A stretch of 64,000 nt of DNA, from positions 1-64,000 of the forward strand of contig QPMI01000231.1 in NCBI GenBank assembly GCA_004431415.1, read 5' to 3'. Positions 49,052 through 60,900 of the stretch are shown here, piece after piece. Each line of letters starts with the position of its first letter. Positions within the stretch are counted from its first letter, which is position 1. The notes below the pieces were generated by a model. The model was not told the DNA's origin and searched no databases. It saw only the letters and a list, made by a program, of their open reading frames with translations. Both the position numbers and the translations under genes were made by a program. The DNA is from Cyanophora paradoxa CCMP329 (lineage: Eukaryota > Plantae > Glaucophyta).

Positions 49052-52000
49052 CTAGCTGGGGGATGCGGAGGGGTGCTTTGGTGCGGAGGAGGGGACGAGT
49101 GGCCGGTCGACGACGCGAATCTTGAGGTTGATAAAGGGCCGGGGCGCCGGCGCGCCTGGCGCGCCGGCGCCACTCGCCGATGGGCCGCCCCCTGGGAGCT
49201 GGGACGGCACCTGCCGAGCGCGTCAACCAGGGGCGCGTGGCCAGGGAGGGCGGGGGCGTGCTCGCCTTCGCGGCGGGCTGCGCCTGGGCGCCCCCTCCAA
49301 GGCCCGATCCATGGGCAGGGCCTGCAGGAGGCGCGGCGTGGAGGGCGTGGCCCGGAGGCGGGCGGGCGGCATGAGAGGGCGCAGGGCGAGCGGTGGGGGC
49401 AGAGGAGGACGGGAGCAGGGTCTGGGTGTTGCCCGGGGGTTTCCCGGGCACGGCGTCGGGCGGCTGTGGGCCACGCTCCCGCTTCTTGCGCCTCGCCTGC
49501 GGGGCATCCGAGGCCACGGGAGCCGACGCTGCGGCCTCCTGGCGGAGCCCGTCGGGCGGCTCTGCTGCCGGCCCTGCCGCACCCGGACCAGCCGGAGAGG
49601 GGCGGGACGATGGCGACGCGGCCGCCGCTGCTGATCCGTCAGCTGTCGCCTGGGCACCAGCGCACTTCGAGGTGCTGTTCGCAGGGGTTGCGGCGCCGCT
49701 GGCGAGGGGTGGGGCTGACGGCGGCGGGGCGGGTTGGTTCGATGACGCGGCGTCTGTTGGGAGGGGAGGGGGGGGAGGCGACGGAAGCGAAGACGCGCTC
49801 GGGCCAGCACAGCCCGGTGCTGGCGCGGGCTCGTCCAGCACGGGCGCCGGCGCCGGCTCCTCCCGCTTTCCCGAGGGACCCTCCTTCACTGCGATCGAGG
49901 GGCGGGGGGTGAGGCGCGCGAGGGTCGCCGGCGCCGGCAGCGCACGGATGACCCCGCGGTTTAGACTTGAGAGGCAGCGGACCCTGCCGGTGACCTGCAA
50001 GCGGGTGAGGGGCGCGGCAATGGGGCCGGGGCGGGCGCACCCGCTGCTGGCCCTCGTCCCACACGCGCCGGCACAGGTACACCGCGTCCCGCGCCCTGCC
50101 GCCCCTCAGCAGGGGGCGGGGCGGGAGGGGGCGGGGGGGAGGACTTCTTCTCGGTGAGGGCGGCCGGGGGCCGGGGCTGGGCGACGAGGTCGGGCTCGAG
50201 GGCGAGGCGGCGCTCCTTGTAGGCCCTCCAGTACTGCCGCCCCGAGCGAGCTCCCGCGTCAGCACGAAGGAGCCCCTCGACGAGGCGTCAGGGGCGAGCC
50301 GGGAGCGGGCCGCACCGGGACCGTCAGCACCGCCGCCCGGCCTGCGCGCGCGCTCAGCGAGGGCGGAGAGGGCGGGTGGGAGGGCGCGCCGATGACCGCC
50401 CCCAGGGGCTGCGTCTCCACGTGCGGCTCCCCGTCGATCATGCCTGCGGGTGCGGTGAGACGGGGCGGAGAGGCGCCGCTCCAGAGGACCGCCGGGGAGG
50501 GACCTTCCCAGATCTCGCCGCGGGTGAGGGGGCGCGGCTGCTCCTCGGGGGCGACGTCGACGTGCTCGCGGCTGTAGAACCAGGCGACCTCGACGCGGCC
50601 CTCGTCGTGCCGCCCCGCCGGCTGCGCCGCCCCCGCCTCAGCCCCGCGCGCCGCCGCGCGCCGGGGGACGGCACCATGAGGATGCGGACGACGCGGGCGA
50701 CCCAGAGGGCCGTCCCGCCCTCCGCCGCCATCCGCACGCAGTCGTTCACGGCGAAGCGCGACTCGCCCAGCTGCACCGCATCGTAGCTCTCCGTCCCGTC
50801 CTCCAGCCGCCCCAGGAGCCCGATGGGCAGCACCGGCCGCGAGTCGACCTCCGCCTCCCACGCAACCGCCCCCCGCACCGCCCCGCCACGCTTCGCCCGC
50901 CGCCTGATCACGCTCCCCGCCGAAGACGCCGACGCCGCCGACGAGACCCGGCTCTCGTCCGAGTCGCTCCCCCCTGCGCCGCCGTCAGCCCATCACCCGC
51001 TGGCGCACGCCTTGAGAGAGCAGCACCTGGCTCTCCCGACGGGCCCAGCGACGTGTCCCCTGCCAACAGATTCGGAGCCCTCCGAGAAGCTAAGCTGCTT
51101 TTGGCGCCGCGCGAACCCGCAGGGGCGCGGCCGGGGCCCCCGCCCCGACCCCGCCCTCTCCCCCGGCCCCGGCCCCGGCCCCGGCCCTGGCCCCGGCCCG
51201 GGCCCCGAACTCGAACTCCGATGGCGCCCGCCTCCGACTGAGCGACATCCGCCGGCTCCGACGCTTGCCCCGACAGACTCCCCGTCGCCTGATCCGGGTC
51301 CGTCGACGCTTCGCCGACACGGGATCTCTTGCTGGCTCCAATCCTTTCCGTGACTGGCTCTCCGTCCGCGGCTTCCGCGGTTCGCTTCCAGGCCAATGCG
51401 CCGCGCGCTGCACCGCGTCCCGATCCACGGCCGCTGCCACCACGACCTCGCCCGCGACCCGCGCGCCCCCGAGTCTCGACACCAGGGCCAGACTCTGCTG
51501 GTGGCGCGGGAGCAGCCTCGTGGGGCGCGGCGGCGGCGGCCGCATCGCCTGCTACGGCTGCAGACTCCCGGGCCACCTCGCGCGGCGTGGGGCCCGAGGA
51601 GCGCGCGCCCCGACCGCGCCCTCGGGCGCGCGGGCCGCGAGCTGCCCGGCTCCTGCCGCGGCCGCCTCTCGACGATCGATCCGTCTCTGGCTTGCTGTCG
51701 GTGCTGCTCGCAGCGCCACGCGCCGCTGCACCCCCGCCTCGACTGGAGCTCGCTGTCCGGCCCCGCCCGCGGCCTCGAGAGCCGCGAGCTCCGCGCGCCG
51801 TCGCCCAGCTGGCTTCTCCAGCGCTTTTGGGCGCCGCGGCGATTGCGGGGGAGGTGCTGGATGGGGCTGCCGAGCCGGAACTACCGTCAGCCACCTCAGG
51901 CGACGCCTGCCCTGCCCGTGCGCCTCGTCCTCGGCTGGAAGATCCTGCCCTGCCCCGTCCGCCTCTGCGACCGCCTCGAAGCCCGCGTTGAGTGCCGTGC

Positions 52001-52612
52001 GCTGATGCCTGCTCTGCGCTGCTCTCTCGGGAGCTCAGGCCAGCGCGGCCGCCGCGACCTCGCCCGCCGCGTCCTTTCCTGGGTTGGTCGGCTGGGGTTG
52101 AACGATGTCCTACGTGCGCATCCGCCGCGGGCGAAGCTGGTGCAGCTGAGCTTTCCAAAGCAGCGCCGGCCTCTCCCCGGTCATCTTCTGCTGTGCTGTT
52201 CTGCTGCGCATTGCGGGGGCACGCTTTAGTCCGTCGAACGAACAGCGCATTTTGAAACCACGCGCACCAGCTTCTCGCCTTTCCGAAACCGCTTTTTGAG
52301 AGGGACGCTCGCTGACGAGGACGGGAGCAGATCCGCCGCGCTGTCCTTCTCTTGGGAGCGGTCAAATCTCTCTCGCATCTCCGCGCAATGCCCCAGGTGC
52401 GCGGCCGGCTCCCAGGTGTTCGACGACTCCGGCCAGCCATGCCTTCCGGTGAGCTCAAAAAAGGCCCAAAACCTCTATTAAGCGTGCTCCACGAACCACT
52501 TGATCAGGTACTCGAAGCCGCGATGTCTGTGGGACAAGCGCCGGGCGCAAATGCGCTCGACCTCCCATTCCTCGTCGCTGCTGTCATTTGACCGTTTCCG
52601 CCTCCTCGCCAT
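49052..52612 (-). CDS. Chromodomain + RG/RGG-rich linker + BAH domain protein
   Basis: Spliced EWEVERICARRLSHRHRGFEYLIKW|HGWPESSNTWEPAAHL (chromo); YDAVQLGESRFAVNDCVRMAAEGGTALWVARVVRI...VEVAWFYSREHV...RGEIWE...VYLCRRVWD (BAH). Confidence 0.85.
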
Positions 52613-53062
52613 GTCGGGAACACGACGGGAACGTCGGGAAGGCCACGATGGGTACACGAAAGCCTCGTCTGCTGGGTACTTCGGGCTTGCAAAAAGTCGG
52701 ACTTACCAGGAGAGTCGAAGCCTCTGTCTCTTCGAGGAAGGTTCTGCGGTGCGTGCGAGGGCGTTCCGGGTCGTCCTAGGGAGCTTATTTGTAGCGGGCG
52801 ATCACCGCGCCTGCGCGAGTTTCGAAAAGCCGCGGGTGCCTAGCGCGCGGACGCTCACGCGCACCTGCGCGATCACATCAAGGTCTCCATAGAATGACGA
52901 TAACACTCCATTCTAGTGGCCGCCCGCGCGCGATGCCATGATGATAGCCTTGCCGCCGATTGCACCTTGTGGAATTCTTAGCCAGCGTCCACGCGTGCTT
53001 CTTGTTCGTCTCAGGCTTTACTAATGCGCATCGGCAGACTTCGGTCGCCATCCGGCCTCACC

Positions 53063-56000
53063 ATGGCCGGCGGTGCAATTCAGATGAGGGACATCGCGAT
53101 GGCCGTCCCCGACGACCGGTGCGCGCAGTCTTCTCTTTGCGCAGAGTTGCATAGTCGAACGCGCACTCTACAGGTACACGGCAGGAAACGCCGTGGGCGC
53201 CATGCGGCGGTCGGTGGAGGTGCGATAGCGCAATCGCTTGCAACGCTGCGAGTCTTGAGGGTCGCGCAGCTCCAGCAGATGCGCCGATCGATCGAAATGG
53301 GGGGCCGCAGAAGCATCGAAATGGTTTTTTCTTTCGTTCTTGCCCTTTTCCCTGCTGTTCCAACTCTTTTCTTGCAGGCCGCGAAGGCGGCTGGTGACCG
53401 GAGGGCGAGCATCCAGATGCAGGACCCAGCGATGCGTGCTCAGACACAGGAGAACATTCGCCGCTCCATCGATCTGGTGCGCAGTTGGTCGTGCTGGCAC
53501 TTGCCCACGGGCCCCTCATCGTCAAAACAGATCGCCAAGGCGCAAGAAGTGAAGCAGAAGACAGAGGCGGCGGCGCAGGCGGCGAAGGAGGGGAAAAAGG
53601 TAGAGGCGAAGGTATGCGGTTGGGCGCGGCGGGACAGGGCGCGGGGCGGCGGGGGCGCTGAGCGGGGGCGGGGCGGCAGGACAAGCCGCCGGTGCCGGAG
53701 GTGGACGACCACCAGATTCCGATGGAGGAGCTGTGCCGGCGCTACGAGACGGACCTCGAGCGCGGCCTCACGCAGGCCACCTTCCAGGCACACCTCCAGC
53801 AGTACGGGCCCAACGCCCTCACCCCGGCCAAAGTCACCCCGCAGGCCCGCCCGCCCCGCCCCGCCTCGCCCAGCCCAGCCCCGCCCCTCTGACCAGGCGC
53901 GCAGTGGGTCAAGTGCGTGGGTCGTTCGCTGCGGTTGGACGGCGGCTGAGCGGGGCGCAGGTGGCTGATGCAGATGGTGACGCCGTTCGCAATCATCATG
54001 TGGATCGCCGCCGTGCTGTGCTTTATCGGCTACAGCCTCGACCGCCACGCCACCGACAACGTGCGACCGCCCTACTCGCCCGCTCCCCAGCTCCCCCCGC
54101 CGGTCGCATCGGAGGGCCCGTGCGGCGCGCCGGGCAGGAACCGACGGGCGGCGCAGATCATCCTGGCCATCGCCCTCATCATCGTTATCTTCGCGACGGG
54201 CACCTTCGCCTGGTACCAGGTCCGCGGGGCGGGCGCGGGGCGGGGTGCGGGGCCCGAGGCGCGGGCGGGGCGCAGGAGAAGCAGTCCGGGGCGATCATGG
54301 ACAACTTCACGAAGATGCTCCCGACGATGGCGCGCGTCGTCCGTGACGGCCGCAAGGAGGGTGCGACCGGCAGGGGAGCGCCGGCGGGGCCGGCGTGACG
54401 GCCCGGCAGACGTCGACGCGGTGCAGCTCGTGCCGGGCGACATCGTCGAGGTGCTCGCCGGGCAGAAGATCCCTGCCGGTGCGCCCCGCCGCCGTCCCGC
54501 CCCGTTCCGCCGCGCTGACGACCCCGCGCAGACATCCGCATCGTCGAGGTGCGGGGGCTGGGCCGGAGCGGGCTCCGGCCGGGGCGCCGACGGGGGCTAA
54601 CGGGAGGCGGCAGGCGGCGAACTTCAAGGTGGACAACAGCTCGCTGACGGGGGAGACGGAGCCGCAGAGCCGCAGCAAGGACTGCACCGACCCGAACATC
54701 TTCGAGACGAAGAACCTGGCCTTCTTCTCGACGCTGGCCGTGGAGGGGACGTGCAAGGGCGTCGTCGTCTTCACGGGCGACCGCACGCTGATCGGCAAGA
54801 TCGCGTCGCTGGCGAGCGGCGAGAACATGGAGAAGCGCAAGAGCCCGATCGCGCACGAGATCCACAACTTCGTGATCATCATCGGCATCGTCGCCTTTGC
54901 CCTGGGCATCATCTTCTTCGGGGTGGGCTTCAAGGTGTACGGCTCGGGCAAGGTGATCGAGATCATCGTGCTGTCGATCGGCATCATCGTGGCGAACGTG
55001 CCGGAGGGCCTGCCGGCGACGGTGACGATGTGCCTGACGCACGCCGCGCACACGATGGCAAGCAAGAACGTCCTCGTCAAGTCCCTCGAGGCCGTCGAGA
55101 CCCTCGGCTCCACCTCCACCATCTGCTCCGGTGCCGCCCCCCGGCCCCGCCCGAGCCGGCGCCCGTCGAGCGCGACGCGCAGACAAGACGGGGACCCTGA
55201 CGCAGAACCGCATGACCGTCGGTGCGGGCGGCGCGCGAGGGGCGCGCAAGGGCGCTGACGCGCGCCGCAGTGAAGCTCTTCTACGGGCTGAAGCAGTGGC
55301 GCACGACGGACGACTTCGACCAGTCGATCGAGAAGTTCAGCACGAGCGACGCGGCGTTCCAGATGGTGCACAAGGTCATGTGCCTCGGCTCCAAGGCGGT
55401 CTTCAACCCGGACCCGGAGAACATGACGAAGCCGATCTTCGAGCGCCTCACCTTCGGCGACGCCACCGAGTCCGCCATGATCAAGTTCTGTGAGAGCATC
55501 CGCAACATCGAGGACGTGCGCCGGCCCCTCGCCTCGCGCGCCCGCGCCGGCCAACGCTGGGCCCCGGCAGCACCGCGCCGAGTACCCGAAGATCATGGAG
55601 CTGGCGTTCAACAGCAAGAACAAGTTCGCGCTGTCGATCCACGAGGACCCGAAGGCGGACCGCCGCTTCCTCGTCATGAAGGGCGCCCCGGAGCGCATCA
55701 TTGACCGCTGCAACCGCTTCATGCAGGCGGACGGCTCCGTCATCCCCATGACCGCCGACATCAAGCGGCAGCTCAACGAGAACAACGAGAACCTGGGCGG
55801 GCAGGGCATGCGCGTCCTCGGCCTGGTGCGCGGGGCCGTCGGGCGCCCCGGCGGCTCCAGCGGGGCCTGACGGGGCGGGGGCAGTGCTATGAGAACCTGG
55901 ACCCGATGACGTACACGAAGGACTACGTGTTCGACGTGGAGCAGGGCAACTACCCGATGGACAACATGATCTTCGCGGGGCTCGCCGCCCTCATCGACCC

Positions 56001-57988
56001 CCCCAAGGAGACCGTCCCCTTCGCCGTCGCCAAGTGCCAGGGCGCCGGCATCAAGGTCATCATGGTCACCGGTGCGCCGCCGCGAGGTGGGGGGCGGCGC
56101 GCGGGGGCCGAGGCGCGCGCAGGCGACCACCCCGTGACGGCGGCGGCCATCGCGCGCGAGGTGGGCATCATCAAGGGCGACACGAAGGAGTCGATCGCCA
56201 AGCGCCGCGGCTGCCGCCCCGAGGAGGTCAAGGAGAACGTGCCAGCCATCGGTGCGGCGGCGGCGCGCGCGGGGGGCGCTGGAGCGTCCTGAGCGGGGCG
56301 GGGCCGGCGCAGTGATTGCGGGGACGCAAATCGCCGACTTCAAGGATTCGGACTGGGACTTCGTGCTGGGGCACCCCGAGATCGTCTTCGCGCGCACGAC
56401 CCCCGAGCAAAAGCTCATCATCGTCGACGAGAATCAGAAGCGCGGAGCCATCGTCGCCGTCGTGCGCCCGCCGCCGCGCGCGCGGCCGCCGGAGGGTTGA
56501 GGGGCGCGGCGGGGCAGACGGGCGACGGCGTGAACGACTCGCCGGCGCTGAAGAAGGCGGACATCGGGGTGGCGATGGGGATCAGCGGGTCGGACGTGTC
56601 GAAGGAGGCGGCGAAGATGGTGCTGCTGGACGACAACTTCGCGTCGATCGTGGTGGGCGTCGAGGAGGGCCGCATCATCTTCGACAACCTCAAGAAGTCC
56701 ATCGCGTACACCCTCGAGCACCTGGGCGCCGAGGTCGTCCCCTACCTCATATCCTTCATCGCCGAGATCCCGCTCCCCATCACCACCATCCTCATCCTCG
56801 CCATCGACCTCGTGCGCGCCCCCGGCCCGCACGCGGCCCGCCGGTCCCGAGCCAGGGCGCAGGGCACGGACATCTTCCCCGCCATCTCCTTCGCCTACGA
56901 GAACGTGCGTGGGGCGGGGCGGGCGGCTGCGGGGCGCGCGGGGGCCCTGACCGGCGGGCGGCAGGCGGAGAGCGACATCATGCTGCGGCCGCCGCGCAAC
57001 CCGAAGGTGGACCGCCTCGCCGGCTGGCGCCTCTACCTCTACGCCTACTTCGTGACCGGCGTCGTCATCCTCGGCGGCACCCTCTTCACCTACTTCATCG
57101 TCTTGATCGACCACGGGTTCCAGACTTCCAAGCTGATGGGCGTTGCGGCGAACTGGAAGGAGGACAAGTGGCCCGTCGAGATTCTCTGCAACAAGCCAAG
57201 TGCGGAGAACAAGGAGGATTTCGAGAAGTACTGCACGCCTGACTGCAGGTTCCCCGACACGGCGGACGGCTGGACGTTCGCGCCCATGAACTCGACCTTT
57301 GTCAAGCCCGTCAACGGCAGCCTCGCTGCCTACAAGTGCGAGCTGCCCCACGGCGCGACCGTCTTCCAGTCCCCCTGGATGGTGCCGCCCCGCCACGCGC
57401 CCACCCGCCTGCTTCATCGCACCTCACTTGTCCCTCAGAATCCCGAGTACCGGCACTACACGCAGCGGGTGGTGAACACGGCGGTCTGGTTCTCGATCGT
57501 GATGGGCCAGTGGGGCGGCATCGTCGCATGCAAGACCCGCAAGCTCTCCGTCTTCACGCAGGGCATGAAGGTGCGCCGCCGCCGCCCTGCCTGACCGCGC
57601 GATGCCAGCGCCTGAGCCCAACCCAGAACGCGTTCATGAACTATTGCCTCCTCTTCGAGGTCGCCCTCTCGGTCTTCCTCATCTACACGCCCGGCATCCA
57701 AGAGGGTGCGCGCGGCCTTCTCCATACGCGCGTATGCATGCACGCCGGCCGCCTGTTAACGCTGGCCATGGCTCCCCACCAGTCTTCGGGACGGCCAACC
57801 TCAACATCAAGTTCTGGTTCACCAGCGCGCCGTTCGCGCTCTGGCTCATCGTCGTCGACGAGATTCGCAAGTGGGAGATCCGCCGCAGTGCGTTCCATCC
57901 CACGTAAATCCCTCCACCCACGCTCCGCTTACGAATCCGCATGGCGATAGATCCCGAAGGCTGGATCGCCTTCTGCACGTACTACTGA
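53063..57988 (+). CDS. P-type IIC (Na+/K+-ATPase alpha-like) ATPase, copy A
   Basis: [96 protein letters not shown]; C-terminal TYY*. Confidence 0.97.
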
Positions 57989-60900
57989 GCACGAGTCGGC
58001 TGTGGTTTTTCCGACCATATAGGCGGCAGATCTAGAACGTCGAACCAGTATCGCACATTAGGAATACGCGACTCGTGTGCGATGCGGATCTAGATTCCTT
58101 TCCGAGTTCAACAAGAGATCTAGAACCAGAAACAACGTCAACGTTTCAACGGCATTGTAGTTGTAGCCTTCAGATCTAGATAGAAATTAGGACGCCTCAC
58201 TTTTTTCTATTTCAAGCTTCCCAGCTGCAGCCCGGGCCTTTGGCAGCTATGACTGCAGCTGCAGTTCATTTCACATGTGCGATTCAGTATCATTCATTGA
58301 TATGGCGTTTCGATATCTAGATTTGCGAAAATTCACAGAACTGAACCTGACAGAATCCTCATCACTGAGTCATGGCATATGCATGGCATTGAATCGGCAA
58401 AAACGTTTAACTCGTGACTCAGTGACTGCCGCAGCCTGGCAGTGCCGCGTGACTGCCGCGCGCCGCGGCAGCATGCATGCATATGCCGCAGTGCGCACGG
58501 CTCATGCTAACCAAAACCCGGGACCGTCGGACCGTCATGATCACACACGGCGTCGGACCTGCTCCTACTAGGCCCTGAGGCTAGGCCTGCAGCTGTCATG
58601 ATCACCGGCACTGTACATGTGGCACTCAGTGACTGCCGTTGATATTGCAATCACAATGTACTGCGATGCGTACTAGTTCTCGTCACTAAGACTGCCACTG
58701 AACTTCGGAACATGTAAGTTGACAAAGTGAGCGACATATTCAGCCCCTTGGCGGCACAAAATTCAACGACAGCTATAGCTAGCGCTGTGGGTTGCGCCCG
58801 GCGGCCGGCGCGCGGGGCTCATGATCAGCGCCGCCGGCTGTGCCGAATCAAGATCTAGAGACCTGAGACAACGTGCACGCCATCACTATAGATCTAGATT
58901 GCAATTGGGATCCCCGGATGGCGGGGCTACGCCACTGGGCCAGCAGTACTTGTAGCGATGCCCCTGCCCAAGGCTCCCTAGGCCTTGGACCGTCGGACTG
59001 TGCAATATAAACCTTTCCCAAATATCTTGCATGATCAGTAGTACGTGCAGAAGGCGATCCAGCCTTCGGGATCTATCGCCATGCGGATTCGTTAGCGGAG
59101 CGTGGGTGGAGGGATTTACGTGGGATGAAACGCACTGCGGCGGATCTCCCACTTGCGAATCTCATCGACAAAGATGAGCCAGAGCGCGAACGGCGCGCTG
59201 GTGAACCAGAACTTGATGTTGAGGTTGGTCGTCCCGAAGACTGCGGGAAGTTGACGTCAACGGGCGGCCGTCAAAGTTGACGTGAGCGCGACTGTGTGGA
59301 AGGCCACGTGGATGCGCATGCGCACTGTCTTGGATGCCGGGCGTGTAGATGAGGAAGACCGAGAGGGCGACCTCGAAGAGGAGGCAATAGTTCATGAACG
59401 CGTTCTGGGCCGGGCTCAGGCGCTGGCATCGCGCGGTCAGGCAGGGCGGCTGTGGCGCACCTTCATGCCCTGCGTGAAGACGGAGAGCTTGCGGGTCTTG
59501 CATGCGACGATGCCGCCCCACTGGCCCATCACGATCGAGAACCAGACCGCAGTGTTCACCACCCGCTGCGTGTAGGCCCGGTACTCGGGATACTGCCATG
59601 ACGTGAAGGGCTGGCCCGGCTTGGCGCAGTACTTCTCTGCCTCGGACGCATCGTAACCCGCTGCCGCCTTGTCGCACACGGGCCAGTTATCGTCCTTCCA
59701 CTTGGCCGCCACGCCCGACAGCTTGGAGATCTCGAACCCGTGGTCGATGAAGACGATGAAGTAGGTGAAGAGGGTGCCGCCGAGGATGACGACGCCGGTC
59801 ACGAAGTAGGCGTAGAGGTAGAGGCGCCAGCCGGCGAGGCGGTCCACCTTCGGGTTGCGCGGCGGCCGCAGCATGATGTCGCTCTCCGCCTGCCGCCCGC
59901 CGGTCAGGGCCCCCGCGCGCCCCGCAGCCGCCCGCCCCGCCCCACGCACGTTCTCGTAGGCGAAGGAGATGGCGGGGAAGATGTCCGTGCCCTGCGCCCT
60001 GGCTCGGGACCGGCGGGCCGCGTGCGGGCCGGGGGCGCGCACGAGGTCGATGGCGAGGATGAGGATGGTGGTGATGGGGAGCGGGATCTCGGCGATGAAG
60101 GATATGAGGTAGGGGACGACCTCGGCGCCCAGGTGCTCGAGGGTGTACGCGATGGACTTCTTGAGGTTGTCGAAGATGATGCGGCCCTCCTCGACGCCCA
60201 CCACGATCGACGCGAAGTTGTCGTCCAGCAGCACCATCTTCGCCGCCTCCTTCGACACGTCCGACCCGCTGATCCCCATCGCCACCCCGATGTCCGCCTT
60301 CTTCAGCGCCGGCGAGTCGTTCACGCCGTCGCCCGTCTGCCCCGCCGCGCCCCTCAACCCTCCGGCGGCCGCGCGCGCGGCGGCGGGCGCACGACGGCGA
60401 CGATGGCTCCGCGCTTCTGGTTCTCGTCGACGATGATGAGCTTCTGCTCGGGGGTCGTGCGCGCGAAGACGATCTCGGGGTGCCCCAGCACGAAGTCCCA
60501 GTCCGAATCCTTGAAGTCGGCGATTTGCGTCCCCGCAATCACTGCGCCGGCCCCGCCCCGCTCAGGACGCTCCAGCGCCCCCCGCGCGCGCCGCCGCCGC
60601 ACCGATGGCTGGCACGTTCTCCTTGACCTCCTCGGGGCGGCAGCCGCGGCGCTTGGCGATCGACTCCTTCGTGTCGCCCTTGATGATGCCCACCTCGCGC
60701 GCGATGGCCGCCGCCGTCACGGGGTGGTCGCCTGCGCGCGCCTCGGCCCCCGCGCGCCGCCCCCCACCTCGCGGCGGCGCACCGGTGACCATGATGACCT
60801 TGATGCCGGCGCCCTGGCACTTGGCGACGGCGAAGGGGACGGTCTCCTTGGGGGGGTCGATGAGGGCGGCGAGCCCCGCGAAGATCATGTTGTCCATCGG

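Noticed and set aside
7270-52612. IWR1/RDM4, PAZ and chromo-BAH genes as an RNA-directed silencing gene cluster
   Set aside because: Spread over 45 kb among unrelated housekeeping genes; no evidence of co-regulation.
54307-56421. 704-aa minus-strand ORF (likewise 61044-62669 and 59740-61080 on the plus strand)
   Set aside because: Antisense shadows of GC3-rich ATPase exons.
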